Assembly (NCBI GenBank): GCA_965649205.1 | Contig: CBFGJV010000009.1 | Coordinates: 1 to 64,000 of the forward strand | DNA from: a candidate division WOR-3 bacterium | Lineage (GTDB): Bacteria; Hydrothermota; Tepidihabitantia; Tepidihabitantales; Tepidihabitantaceae | Reading direction: 5' to 3' | Length of the DNA: 64,000 nt | In this document: one piece after another, positions 43,823 through 53,358 of the stretch | Layout of the letters: every line of letters starts with the position of its first letter | How positions within the stretch are numbered: the stretch's first letter is position 1 | Translations under genes and position numbers: made by a program | The notes under the pieces: generated by a model | The model's database searches: none | Told to the model about the DNA's origin: nothing | What the model saw: only the letters and a program-made list of their open reading frames with translations

Positions 43823-45109
43823 ATGTCTAGCGAGCCAACCGTACACGGTTCCCGCAGCCAGAAATCGAAACAGAAAGGCATCATCCTGGTGCCACTTCTC
43901 ATCATATGTGTTGTTATTCTCACAATAGCGTTTTTCCGAATTAGAAACCGCAAGCCCAGACCAATCTGCGGTCCGGAACTGCCCAATCCGGATTCTGTAT
44001 GCTGGGCCGGACTGGCACTCGGCAAAAACGATGTTCTAGCTACAGCTCTCAATCGCTGGGGATTATCCCGCGAGTTCTACAACAAAGTAGAGGCGGCGCT
44101 GGCCCGCACAGACTTCAACTTCCGCAATATAAAAGAAGGAGACTCTGTTTCTCTTGAATACCGCGGCCTGCACCTGGCCAGTCTGACATATCATAAGAAC
44201 TTGGTGACCGGATACAGAGTGACGATAGATTCTTCAGGACAGCTAACCGCCGAAAAGGTGGAGCGGCCGGTGGACACAGTAAGAACTGTGGTGCGCGGCA
44301 GCATAACCGGTTCGCTCTGGAACACGCTGATAGGAATGGGAGAAAAGCCGGCACTGGTGGTCAACTTCGCAGAAATTCTCAGCTATGAGGTAGACTTCCT
44401 GACTGAAGTACACGACGGAGATTCCTTTGAGATACTGGTCGACAAGTACTACGTTGATTCCATCTTCTACCGGGATGGTCTCATCCGAGCTGCACACTAC
44501 AATGGCAAGGCAGGAAATTACTACGGGTTTCATTATCGCCTTCCCAACGGTCACTGGGACTACTATAACGAAAAAGGCCAGTCCCTGCGAAAAACTGTTC
44601 TTCGCTCCCCCCTGCAGTACGCCAAAGTCACTTCCTGTTTCGGAAACCGTTTCCATCCTATATTCCGGGTATATCGGCAGCACGCAGGAGTTGACTATGC
44701 CGCTCCTACCGGCACTCCAGTATCGGCAATTGCCGATGGCACTGTAACTATGGCCCACTGGCACGGCGGGTACGGACATCTAGTTGAAATCAAACATGCG
44801 GGCGGTCTTTCTTCGCGCTACGGACATCTGTCGCGCTACGGAACCGGTATAAAATCTGGTCGCCGGGTAAGACAGGGACAGACTATAGGCTATGTCGGCA
44901 CCACTGGTATATCTACCGGCCCCCACCTGCACTTTGAAATCCGTCAGAATGGCAAACCGGTAAACCCTCTGAAAGTAATTCCTCCCCGGGCAGAGCCGGT
45001 GCCTCCCAGATATATGGACGACTTCAACCGGGTGAAAAATGAATATCTCGCTGCACTCAAACAGGCTGCTGGTCCGCTTGTGGCGGTAGCCGCCGACTCC
45101 AGTCCCTGA
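43823..45109 (+). CDS. Membrane-anchored M23 family peptidoglycan endopeptidase
   Basis: N-terminal TM segment; HAGVDYAAP.GTP, YGHLS, STGPHLHFE. Confidence 0.93.
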   Translation: MSSEPTVHGSRSQKSKQKGIILVPLLIICVVILTIAFFRIRNRKPRPICGPELPNPDSVCWAGLALGKNDVLATALNRWGLSREFYNKVEAALARTDFNFRNIKEGDSVSLEYRGLHLASLTYHKNLVTGYRVTIDSSGQLTAEKVERPVDTVRTVVRGSITGSLWNTLIGMGEKPALVVNFAEILSYEVDFLTEVHDGDSFEILVDKYYVDSIFYRDGLIRAAHYNGKAGNYYGFHYRLPNGHWDYYNEKGQSLRKTVLRSPLQYAKVTSCFGNRFHPIFRVYRQHAGVDYAAPTGTPVSAIADGTVTMAHWHGGYGHLVEIKHAGGLSSRYGHLSRYGTGIKSGRRVRQGQTIGYVGTTGISTGPHLHFEIRQNGKPVNPLKVIPPRAEPVPPRYMDDFNRVKNEYLAALKQAAGPLVAVAADSSP

Positions 45110-45154
45110 GCGTCTGTCAGATACTGTCAGGGAAGCACACCTGTCTGCCCAAGA

Positions 45155-45189
45155 ACGGAAACCACCAGTATCACTGTGGTAGTTTCCGT
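45155..45189. terminator. Stem-loop between the convergent M23 and TonB receptor genes
   Basis: ACGGAAAC (45155-45162)/GTTTCCGT (45182-45189) with an inner ACCA/TGGT pairing. Confidence 0.5.
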
Positions 45190-45206
45190 CCCGCAAACCT
45201 TTTCCC

Positions 45207-47267
45207 TCAAATCTCCAATTCTAACTCACCGTAAAAAGTCCGTCCCGGAACCAGATAGTCTTTCATGACCTGGTATTGACGGTCAAAAAGATTCCTCACC
45301 CCAAATCGGAGAGCGACCCGCACCAGCCCCATACGAGGACTGACCGTCCCCCCCAGGTCCAGCAACAGAAAACCGGGCAGCGAGTCGGTGTTCGCCGCAT
45401 TCGTATAGCGCCGACCTGTGTAGCGGACTCCCCCCAACAGCCGAACCGGGCCCCATCCCGCCCAACCGTGTAGACCCAGACTCAACCGCGGCCGGTAAAG
45501 CAGGTCTTTTCCAGCCGAACGAGCCAACATATAGGTACCCGTAGCTCTAGCCCCCCCGTAACGAAATTCTGTCTCCACCTCTGCCTCTACCCCCTTTATC
45601 GTAGCAGTATCCAGGTTAACAGGCATATAAACAAAGTTAGAATCTGGTTGCCATTGAATAAGGTCTGTCATATGCGAATACCAGCTACCCAGGCGGCAAG
45701 TTAGTATGGGTGCCAGCCGGACTGTGGATGTAAAGTCAATGCTTGTAGCCCACTCTGGTCGAAGTTCCGGGTTGCCTTTTGTCCACTGATCTGCCGGCCA
45801 ATACATCTCATTGAAAGTAGGTTGTCGGAAGGACCGACCCAAAGAAGCATGCAGGTCCAACCAGGAAACAGGCGAACTAGCAAGTGAAAGCTTGGGACTT
45901 AAAACCAGGTGGCCGCTCCGAGCCAGAACCGTATCCCGCCCTTGTCCAGCGCTGGACAGGTCAAGTCTGGCCATAGGTCTTACTTCCAGCCAACCGACAC
46001 CGAAGCTGGCCTCCAACCAACCGGCGCCTGTCAGTAGATACGGACTGCCTATGGCTGTACTGGCAAGGGCGTTGTGAATCAAATCCACCCCTCCCGCAAT
46101 CACCAGCGGCTGGGAAATATGCACTACCTGCTTTCCTGATATGCCTGATACTGTGGTACGATGTGTGTCGTTACTCCAAGAAAAACTATCTGGATTCCAG
46201 TAGTGCCTCCCCAGACGGTGATGGAACAACTTGGTCTCCCACCAGGCCTTATCTGACATTCGCAATCTATGACTGAGATGAAGTACAGTACGAGAATCAT
46301 TCAGTCGAGCACTATCCGAAGGCCAGGAAACAGGACCAGGAACGCCCCGGCGTGACACATTGTACTCTGCAAGAAGAGAAAAATCCCGCAGAAAACTGAC
46401 CCGCGCCAGGATACCGGAGTTTGCCAGGTCGGAATTTACTCGTTCCCTTACCACTCCTCCTGTGTCCTGATAAGCAAAACGCGGTCCAGACCGGACCAAA
46501 TTTCCCGCCAAGACATAGCCGAAACGGCTCCAACGGTTGGTGTGCAGAAACTGTGTATACCACCGTCCTAAAGAACCGACACCGGCAAGAATGCGTGCGG
46601 ACAACGTATCTGCTTCAGGCGGAATAATATTGATCAGCCCACCAATGCTGTTGGCTCCGTACAAAGCCGAGCCCGCACCACGCACCACTTCCACGCGGCG
46701 TGCCAGCACCAGCGGCAAACTAGCAAACTCAACCAGATTGTCCTGCGCCAGATTCAATGGTACCCCATCAAAAAGAACCAAAGTCTGCTCCGCACTTGCC
46801 CCTCGCAGACTCACCGTGGCAAGGTTCGCATAGTCCCTGACCAGAGTTGAGGGAACAAAAGACAGAACCTCGGCAACGCTGGTGCGCCCCCGGGGAAGCA
46901 GTTCACCGCCTTCAATAACCGTGACCGGCCCTGAAAGGGATTGACGCACCGGAAGGCGATAAGCACTCACGGTAATACCCTCAAGACTTATCACTTCCGG
47001 CAAAAGATATACAGCTGTTTCTTTGCCGGCAACCAGCCGGACCTGTTGAGGAGCATAACCGACGCGGGAAACTGTAACGATGATCGTATCTCCTTCCGGT
47101 GGCAGGTTGAAACGGCCCGCGCTGTCGGCGTACACTAAGCGGCCGCGAGAAAACTCTATTACTGCATGGGAAACTGGCTGGCGGGTGTATAGGTCAAAAA
47201 CCACACCAGAAAAAGAAAACCCCAGCTCCGTAAGCAGGGACAGAAACACGGGTATGAAGCTTTTCAT
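45207..47267 (-). CDS. btuB: TonB-dependent receptor, probably the cobalamin transporter (BtuB-like), with an N-terminal carboxypeptidase-regulatory-like domain
   Basis: Plug motifs SLRG...TLVLFDGVP and RVEVVRGAGSALYGANSIGGLINI; barrel motifs FRQPTFNEMY, GNPELRPE, NLFDRQY...PGRTF. A cobalamin riboswitch lies directly upstream. Confidence 0.85.
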   Translation of the reverse strand: MKSFIPVFLSLLTELGFSFSGVVFDLYTRQPVSHAVIEFSRGRLVYADSAGRFNLPPEGDTIIVTVSRVGYAPQQVRLVAGKETAVYLLPEVISLEGITVSAYRLPVRQSLSGPVTVIEGGELLPRGRTSVAEVLSFVPSTLVRDYANLATVSLRGASAEQTLVLFDGVPLNLAQDNLVEFASLPLVLARRVEVVRGAGSALYGANSIGGLINIIPPEADTLSARILAGVGSLGRWYTQFLHTNRWSRFGYVLAGNLVRSGPRFAYQDTGGVVRERVNSDLANSGILARVSFLRDFSLLAEYNVSRRGVPGPVSWPSDSARLNDSRTVLHLSHRLRMSDKAWWETKLFHHRLGRHYWNPDSFSWSNDTHRTTVSGISGKQVVHISQPLVIAGGVDLIHNALASTAIGSPYLLTGAGWLEASFGVGWLEVRPMARLDLSSAGQGRDTVLARSGHLVLSPKLSLASSPVSWLDLHASLGRSFRQPTFNEMYWPADQWTKGNPELRPEWATSIDFTSTVRLAPILTCRLGSWYSHMTDLIQWQPDSNFVYMPVNLDTATIKGVEAEVETEFRYGGARATGTYMLARSAGKDLLYRPRLSLGLHGWAGWGPVRLLGGVRYTGRRYTNAANTDSLPGFLLLDLGGTVSPRMGLVRVALRFGVRNLFDRQYQVMKDYLVPGRTFYGELELEI

Positions 47268-47307
47268 CAGATTCTCCTTTCATCGCAGGTTGAATCTTCC
47301 ATTTGTT

Positions 47308-47512
47308 CCGGGGCGGAAAGGTCTCCTGGCTTGCGCAATTGCCTGCCGCCTTCCCGGCTTATGCCAGTGGCCAAACAGAAAGGCGCTCAGGAAATCGAAC
47401 TGCCGCAATTCCTGGCGCCCGCGCTCACAGTGGGCGTGACCGCAGCCGATTCTCACGGCTTTCCCTGGACCGGTGTCTACCGGTCACCGCTCTTAGGCGG
47501 TCTTCCTGCCCC
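47308..47512 (-). ncRNA. Cobalamin (B12) riboswitch
   Basis: The minus strand has AGGGAA...CCGTGAGAATCGG...CACTGT...GCCACTG...GGGAAGG...AAGCCAGGAGACC in canonical order, closed by GGGGCAGGAAG/TTTCCGCCCC. It precedes a TonB receptor, with promoter TTGACC-16-TATATT at 47549-47522. Confidence 0.9.
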
Positions 47513-47556
47513 TTCGGGTCCAATATACCAAGCCCGCAGCACCGGTCAAGTAGCAT

Positions 47557-47585
47557 TTGACACAGGATAAGTTACGCAGGATAAT
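47557..47585 (+). promoter_or_regulatory. Sigma70-type promoter
   Basis: TTGACA-17-GATAAT. Confidence 0.65.
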
Positions 47586-47753
47586 CCGGACACGGAACCA
47601 TTGCCAAGCGCAGAATCAAGACAGCTAGTTATCGACAGTGTCAGACACTACACCTTGCGGGACGCACCGGGCAACTTCCCTACTCCATTTGTTCTGCCTA
47701 GCTGTCACGCGTATCCGCCAGCAGCCCCGTGTCAGCATGATTGTTAAAGAACT

Positions 47754-48440
47754 GTGACAAAGCTTGCCAGCACATTTTCTCTTCTCTGTATAATTGCCTG
47801 GGCATTGCCTTACCACATTAACCAACCGATACCTACTTCACTTGCTCACGGCGAATACTGCTTAAACGGAAGATTCTGGGGGGAAGGTGGAATACTGTTC
47901 CACGCCGGTGTCGGTCTATTCGACCGACTCACTCTCGGCATTTCCTATGGCGGCAACAGACTTCTCGGCACGCAGGAACCAGAGCTCTACCCCTGGCCGG
48001 CAGTGTTAGCCAAAGGAGTCATTTTGATGGAACACGGCTATTTCCCCGACCTGGCCATAGGTTTTGAAAGCCAGGGGTACGGGCGGGTCATAAACAAAGA
48101 ATACGAAGTATACCCCAGAGGCGCGTACCTGTGCTTGGGAAAAACTCTTTCGCCGACCAACACCTATGTACAACTCACCGGCAACTACTGGCGCAGATGC
48201 AGTGGTTCTCTCGCCATCAACCAAAGCCTGTTGAACGGTCTGGAAGCAATCCTGGAATATGACTTGGCACTGACCGACCGTCGGCCGGAACTGAACCGTC
48301 GAGGGTATCTGAACTTTGCCCTGGGTTGGACTTTCGCCGAGAAGTTGCGGCTTACCGCCAGCCTGCTTGACCTGCTGGGCAACCGGGCAGAAACCCGATT
48401 CAGTCGCATACTGGACCTTTCCTTCCGCAGTCACTTCTAA
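47754..48440 (+). CDS. Putative outer-membrane beta-barrel protein (YjbH-like)
   Basis: Signal peptide; 'PT...L.HG', 'P.LAIG'; alternating beta-strand pattern; C-terminal Phe (LSFRSHF). Start uncertain. Confidence 0.6.
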   Translation: MTKLASTFSLLCIIAWALPYHINQPIPTSLAHGEYCLNGRFWGEGGILFHAGVGLFDRLTLGISYGGNRLLGTQEPELYPWPAVLAKGVILMEHGYFPDLAIGFESQGYGRVINKEYEVYPRGAYLCLGKTLSPTNTYVQLTGNYWRRCSGSLAINQSLLNGLEAILEYDLALTDRRPELNRRGYLNFALGWTFAEKLRLTASLLDLLGNRAETRFSRILDLSFRSHF

Positions 48441-48556
48441 CTTGGTCTTCTTATGCTGCATCCGGGTTTAATCAATACCCGCAAATACTACACAGCATTG
48501 ACAGTCAAACGCTATCCGATAGGCTAGACCTGACACGGGTAACTATAGGAGAAGCA

Positions 48557-49033
48557 ATGAACGTAAAAGAATTCTTGCGTAATCTGGACGAGTTCGCTCG
48601 TCTAGGCGAAGAAGACCTGGACCGTCTGGCCGGAGCAGCCAGAGTTCGTCAAGCCAAAGCAGGCACCCTTATTGACGTCCAGGGCCAGCCTGCAGAGAAG
48701 TTCTATATTCTTCAAAGCGGACGGTATGCCGTAATTCTGGACGTGGACATAGGAGTGGCCAGACGCAGCTATATGGTTACAACGCTGGGACCAGGACAGA
48801 TGTTCGGCTGGTCGGCTATGGTAGGCAATCCTACTTACACCGCCAGCGGCAAAGCGCTCACCGATTGCACGGTACTTGAATTTGACGCCAAGGAACTCAA
48901 CAATATGTTCGAAGACGACCCGCGCCTGGGATACGCGGTAATGAAGGGAGTAGCACGCACTATTGCTTCCCGTTTGCGACATATGCAGCTGCAGTTAGTC
49001 CAGCAATACGCCGCAACCGAATCCGAGGAATAG
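48557..49033 (+). CDS. Stand-alone cyclic nucleotide-binding (Crp-type) domain protein without HTH
   Basis: QGQPAEKFYILQSG, LGPGQMFGWSAM, YTAS..ALTDC; AGGAG RBS; promoter TTGACA-16-TAGGCT at 48498-48525. Confidence 0.85.
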   Translation: MNVKEFLRNLDEFARLGEEDLDRLAGAARVRQAKAGTLIDVQGQPAEKFYILQSGRYAVILDVDIGVARRSYMVTTLGPGQMFGWSAMVGNPTYTASGKALTDCTVLEFDAKELNNMFEDDPRLGYAVMKGVARTIASRLRHMQLQLVQQYAATESEE

Positions 49034-49042
49034 AAACCTCAT

Positions 49043-49807
49043 ATGCTCCGAAAGCCCCAGAATCTCAAGTCGGCTTCTCCGGGGTTTATTATCGCCATAG
49101 ATGGCCCCGCAGGCTCGGGCAAGACCACTACCGCCCGGCTGTGTGCGCAACGACTGGGCTTTCGGCATCTGGATACAGGCGCAATGTATCGGGCCGTCAC
49201 CATCAAACTCCTGAAAAGCGGATTCCTGAAGAACAAAGGGAAGGGAATAAATCAGCGGGGTCTGAAACAACTCCTGCGGCACACCAGCGTAGACCTTACT
49301 TGGGGGAAAGGACAGGTCAGAGTAAAGTTGGATGGCAAAGACGTAACAACAGAAATTCGCTCGCCAGAAGTCAGTTCCTTTGTATCCGAGGTTTCCGCGC
49401 TTCCCGCTGTACGCAGAAAGTTGGTAGCTGAACAACGCCGGCTAGCTCAGGGAAAGAATCTGGTCTGCGAAGGTCGCGACATAGGCAGTGTGGTATTCCC
49501 TCAAGCCGACCTCAAGATATTCTTGGACTGCGACCTGAAAGCCCGAGCAGCTCGCAGGTTGGCAGAATTGGCTGTCCCTACAAAGTTATCCCAGGCTAAC
49601 CGCCTCCCATCTCCACATGGTCTACGGGCCGTACTGAGCAATCTGAGCAAACGGGATAGAATTGATTCCACCAGAAAAATGTCCCCTCTGCGCCGCGTAA
49701 AAGACGCCATACTCATAGACACTACCCATCTCACCATAGACGAACAGGTAGGCATAGTATGCGACCTGACTTACAGAAAACTGGCGGAGGCACATCAAAT
49801 CAGATGA
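49043..49807 (+). CDS. cmk: Cytidylate kinase
   Basis: IAIDGPAGSGKTT, LDTGAMYR, EGRDIGSVVFP, RDRIDS.R..SPL. Confidence 0.96.
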   Translation: MLRKPQNLKSASPGFIIAIDGPAGSGKTTTARLCAQRLGFRHLDTGAMYRAVTIKLLKSGFLKNKGKGINQRGLKQLLRHTSVDLTWGKGQVRVKLDGKDVTTEIRSPEVSSFVSEVSALPAVRRKLVAEQRRLAQGKNLVCEGRDIGSVVFPQADLKIFLDCDLKARAARRLAELAVPTKLSQANRLPSPHGLRAVLSNLSKRDRIDSTRKMSPLRRVKDAILIDTTHLTIDEQVGIVCDLTYRKLAEAHQIR

Positions 49808-50571
49808 AATTGCGCTGGCGCATAGCTTGGCTGGCGACTTATCCGTTTGCCCGCTTGTTCCTGCATCTGCAAGTACTCGGACGAGATAGACTTTGCAAAG
49901 GAGCACAGATTATTGCCGCCAACCATGTATCAAATGCCGACCCACTGATTCTGGGATGGGCAGCAGCACGGGAACTTCATTTCCTGGCCAAGGCCGAATT
50001 GTTTCAGGCCTCCCGCTTTTTTTCCTGGCTTATTCGCTCTTGGAATGCCTGGCCGGTACGCAGAGGCATGGCCGACCCTGCAGCTCTGAAACACTGCGAA
50101 CAGATATTGCGAAGCGGAAACACGCTTGTTCTTTTCCCCGAAGGATCCCGGAGTCCCACCGGAGAAATCCGGCCCTTCAAGCCTGGAGTAGGTATGCTGG
50201 CCCTGAAAACGGGTGTGCCTGTTGTGCCTGCTCTTATATCCGGACTGGAGCACTCCTGGGTTTCCTATCTCGCTGACAAGGACTTCGTGCGCAAAGGATT
50301 CCGCCGTCGGCCCCATGGATGTTCCCCTATAAGGGTTTTCTTCGATGAACCGCTGCACCCGGAAACAATCCGCAACGCCCTTGCTCTCCAATCTGATGTC
50401 CGCAGCGACAGACAAATAAAAGGGCATTCAATTCCCTACGACCGCACCGCCTACGAAACATTGACTCAGCAGGTGGAAAGCAGAATCCGAAACATGACCG
50501 CCAAACTGAAAGCCCAAAACGGTATGGCGGATATATCCTGCTCTCCCTGCAAACACAAGACAGCCGAATGA
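49804..50571 (+). CDS. plsC: 1-acyl-sn-glycerol-3-phosphate acyltransferase family
   Basis: NHVSNAD (NHxxxxD), FLAKAELF, FPEGSRS. Start ATG 49804 overlaps the cmk stop. Confidence 0.9.
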   Translation: MKLRWRIAWLATYPFARLFLHLQVLGRDRLCKGAQIIAANHVSNADPLILGWAAARELHFLAKAELFQASRFFSWLIRSWNAWPVRRGMADPAALKHCEQILRSGNTLVLFPEGSRSPTGEIRPFKPGVGMLALKTGVPVVPALISGLEHSWVSYLADKDFVRKGFRRRPHGCSPIRVFFDEPLHPETIRNALALQSDVRSDRQIKGHSIPYDRTAYETLTQQVESRIRNMTAKLKAQNGMADISCSPCKHKTAE

Positions 50572-51470
50572 CCAGCCGTAAAGGACGAGCCCGACAGCCG
50601 CGAGTCATCGTGGCCCGACCCACCGGTTTCTGCTTCGGGGTAGAACGGGCAATCAGACTGGCAAAACAGGGAAAAGAACGTTATGGCCGTGTATGCACAC
50701 TGGGCGAACTAGTGCACAATCCCCAAGTCCTGGCGGAGCTGGAAAGAGAGGGTATACACGCGGTCCGAAAACCCGAAGATGCTGAAGGTAGCGCACTGGT
50801 CATCAGAGCCCACGGTTGCCCTCCGGCTATCCTAAAACGATGTGAACGTCTGCAGTTACGCCTGATCGACGCCACCTGCCCCTATGTCAGAAAAGTGCAG
50901 AATGTAGTCCGCGACCTGCGCCAGGATGGTTACGCTGTCGTGGTCGTGGGCGAACGGAACCATCCGGAGGTCCGCGCCATACTGGGTCACGGTGGAAACA
51001 AGGCTCGGGTCTATTCGCCCCGCATGCGGCGCCTACCTGGCCGCAAAGTAGGCGTAGTTTGTCAGACTACCCTTTCCAGAAGACAGCTGGAAGAAGCTGT
51101 TGCCAATCTCGGTCGCTTACGCTATACTGAACTCCGTTTCTTCGACACCATCTGCGGGGAGGTAATTTCCCGCCAGGGTGCAGCGGAACGCGTAGCCCGC
51201 GAAACAGACCTGGTTATAGTCGTGGGCGGTCGCAATAGCGCCAATACCTCGCGTCTGGCAGACATTGTCCGGGCGGCAGGCACACAGATGGTTTTCGTAG
51301 AAAACGCCCAGGAGCTGATGACTGACATACTACGAGGTGTAACCAGAATTGGCGTTGTAGGTGGTTCCAGCACACCCGCTTGGGTGGTAGAGGAAGTGGT
51401 AAGATTTATTCATAATTCCGGTACTGTCCTGAAGGACAGACCGTATAAGGAGGACCGTAGTAATGACTGA
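50568..51470 (+). CDS. ispH: 4-hydroxy-3-methylbut-2-enyl diphosphate reductase
   Basis: GFCFGVERA, VHN, RAHG, DATCP, HPEV, QTT, DTIC, GGRNSANT. Confidence 0.96.
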   Translation: MTSRKGRARQPRVIVARPTGFCFGVERAIRLAKQGKERYGRVCTLGELVHNPQVLAELEREGIHAVRKPEDAEGSALVIRAHGCPPAILKRCERLQLRLIDATCPYVRKVQNVVRDLRQDGYAVVVVGERNHPEVRAILGHGGNKARVYSPRMRRLPGRKVGVVCQTTLSRRQLEEAVANLGRLRYTELRFFDTICGEVISRQGAAERVARETDLVIVVGGRNSANTSRLADIVRAAGTQMVFVENAQELMTDILRGVTRIGVVGGSSTPAWVVEEVVRFIHNSGTVLKDRPYKEDRSND

Positions 51471-53358
51471 CGAAAAACAAACCGCGGCACAGCCCGAAGA
51501 TAACGCCGCACCTGCTGCATCTGAGGCAGGCACCGACAACGGATTGCCTAAGTCTGAGCATGAGCATCAGGCTGATACTCCGGTGGTAACTCCAGATTCT
51601 GAACCGACCGCGACCCCGGATGAAAGCCTGGCAGTGCCGCCCCAACCCGGCACGCGACCAGACATAGAAACACGACCTAAAACGGCAGGAAAGACGATGG
51701 CCGACATTTACGATTCGTCTTTTCCCTCTTTGCGGGTAGGCGAGATCGTAACCGGCCGCGTCATAAAAAAACTGCCCAATGCGGTACTAGTTGATCTGGG
51801 TCTCAAAGCCGAGGGCATTCTCCCCCTCGAGGAATTCCGTAATCCCGACGAAGTTTACGAAGGTCAGGAAATCAAAGTCTGCCTTGACGCACTGGAAGAC
51901 GCCGAAGGCTTCCCCGCTATTTCAAAACGCAAAGCCGACTTTCAACTGGCTTGGGAGCAGATAAAGCAAAAATCGGAAAGCGCGGAAGGTGTTACTGCCA
52001 CCGTAGTCAAACGGGTCAAAGGCGGACTGGCGGTGGAGATAATGGGGCTGGATGCATTCTTGCCTGGTTCCCAGGTGGACCTGCGGCCTGTTCCGAACCT
52101 GGATGTATTCTTGGGCAAGCAGATAGAAGTCAAAATCATCTCCGTAAACTGGTTCAAAAAGAATATCGTCGTATCGCGCCGGGTGCTGTTGGAAGAACGT
52201 CAGGAACAGGCAAGACGCGAGCTGTTCTCCCGCCTAACAGTTGGCGACGTAGTCACAGGAACTGTAAAAACCATCACCGATTTCGGCGCCTTCGTTGACA
52301 TCGGTGGCGTTGATGCACTCCTGCATATCTCCGACCTTGCTTGGAACAAGGTAATCCATCCCAAAGAAGTAGTGAATGTGGGCGACGAACTGAAGGTTAA
52401 AGTGCTTTCCGCAGACCCGGGAAGCGGACGTATAACCGTCGGCTTGAAACAGATGACTCCGCATCCTTGGGAGAGAGTCGAAGAGAAGTATCCCATCGGG
52501 GCAAGGATAAAGGGAAGAGTGACAACGCTCGCCGAATATGGAGCCTTTGTGGAATTGGAAAAGGGCATCGAGGGGCTGATTCATATATCCGAAATGTCCT
52601 GGACGAAATCGCTCCAACATCCTTCCCAGATACTTTCTGTAGATCAGGAAGTGGAGGCGGTAGTTCTGAACATAGACAAAGAGAATCGACGTATCTCCCT
52701 TGGCCTCAAACAGACTATGCCTGACCCCTGGTCTCTGATAGACGAAAAATACCACGTTGGACAACGCGTAGTCGGCAAGGTGACGGCCTTGAAAGACTTT
52801 GGGGCATTTGTAGAAATTGAAGAAGGTATCGAAGGTCTCATACACAATGCCGATATATCCTGGACTAAGCGCATAAAGCATCCTCGCGAAGAACTGAAAC
52901 GCGGCCAAACAGTGGAAACTATCATCCTCGGCATCGACAAGGAAAACCGCAGAATAACGCTCGGACTGAAGCAAACCCAGGAAGACCCGTTCTACAGAAT
53001 CAGCAAGGAACTTAAGGAAGGCGACGTCGTTTGTGCCCGCATCGTGGACATTCCCAAACCTGGACTGGTAGTCAGCCTGCAATACGGCATAGAAGGCTTT
53101 GTGCCAGCCAGCCAACTTCTGCGGGAAGGGAAGAAAATCAAGGAAACTTATCAAATAGGCGAAGAACTGGAACTCAAGATAATAAAGATTGACCTGAATT
53201 GCCGTCGCATCACCCTGTCTGAGCGCGCCCTCCATGAACAGGTAGAAACCCAGGAAGATACCGAGTACGACGTCCAACAGGAAGAAGAACCCACAGACAG
53301 ATTTACGCTTGAAGACCACATACGCCATATGGAAGACGAAGAACAGTCAGATTTCTAG
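51463..53358 (+). CDS. rpsA: 30S ribosomal protein bS1 with an N-terminal low-complexity extension
   Basis: Six S1 repeats (FLPGSQVD, FGAFVD/E, GLIHISEMSW); AAGGAGG RBS. Confidence 0.96.
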   Translation: MTDEKQTAAQPEDNAAPAASEAGTDNGLPKSEHEHQADTPVVTPDSEPTATPDESLAVPPQPGTRPDIETRPKTAGKTMADIYDSSFPSLRVGEIVTGRVIKKLPNAVLVDLGLKAEGILPLEEFRNPDEVYEGQEIKVCLDALEDAEGFPAISKRKADFQLAWEQIKQKSESAEGVTATVVKRVKGGLAVEIMGLDAFLPGSQVDLRPVPNLDVFLGKQIEVKIISVNWFKKNIVVSRRVLLEERQEQARRELFSRLTVGDVVTGTVKTITDFGAFVDIGGVDALLHISDLAWNKVIHPKEVVNVGDELKVKVLSADPGSGRITVGLKQMTPHPWERVEEKYPIGARIKGRVTTLAEYGAFVELEKGIEGLIHISEMSWTKSLQHPSQILSVDQEVEAVVLNIDKENRRISLGLKQTMPDPWSLIDEKYHVGQRVVGKVTALKDFGAFVEIEEGIEGLIHNADISWTKRIKHPREELKRGQTVETIILGIDKENRRITLGLKQTQEDPFYRISKELKEGDVVCARIVDIPKPGLVVSLQYGIEGFVPASQLLREGKKIKETYQIGEELELKIIKIDLNCRRITLSERALHEQVETQEDTEYDVQQEEEPTDRFTLEDHIRHMEDEEQSDF

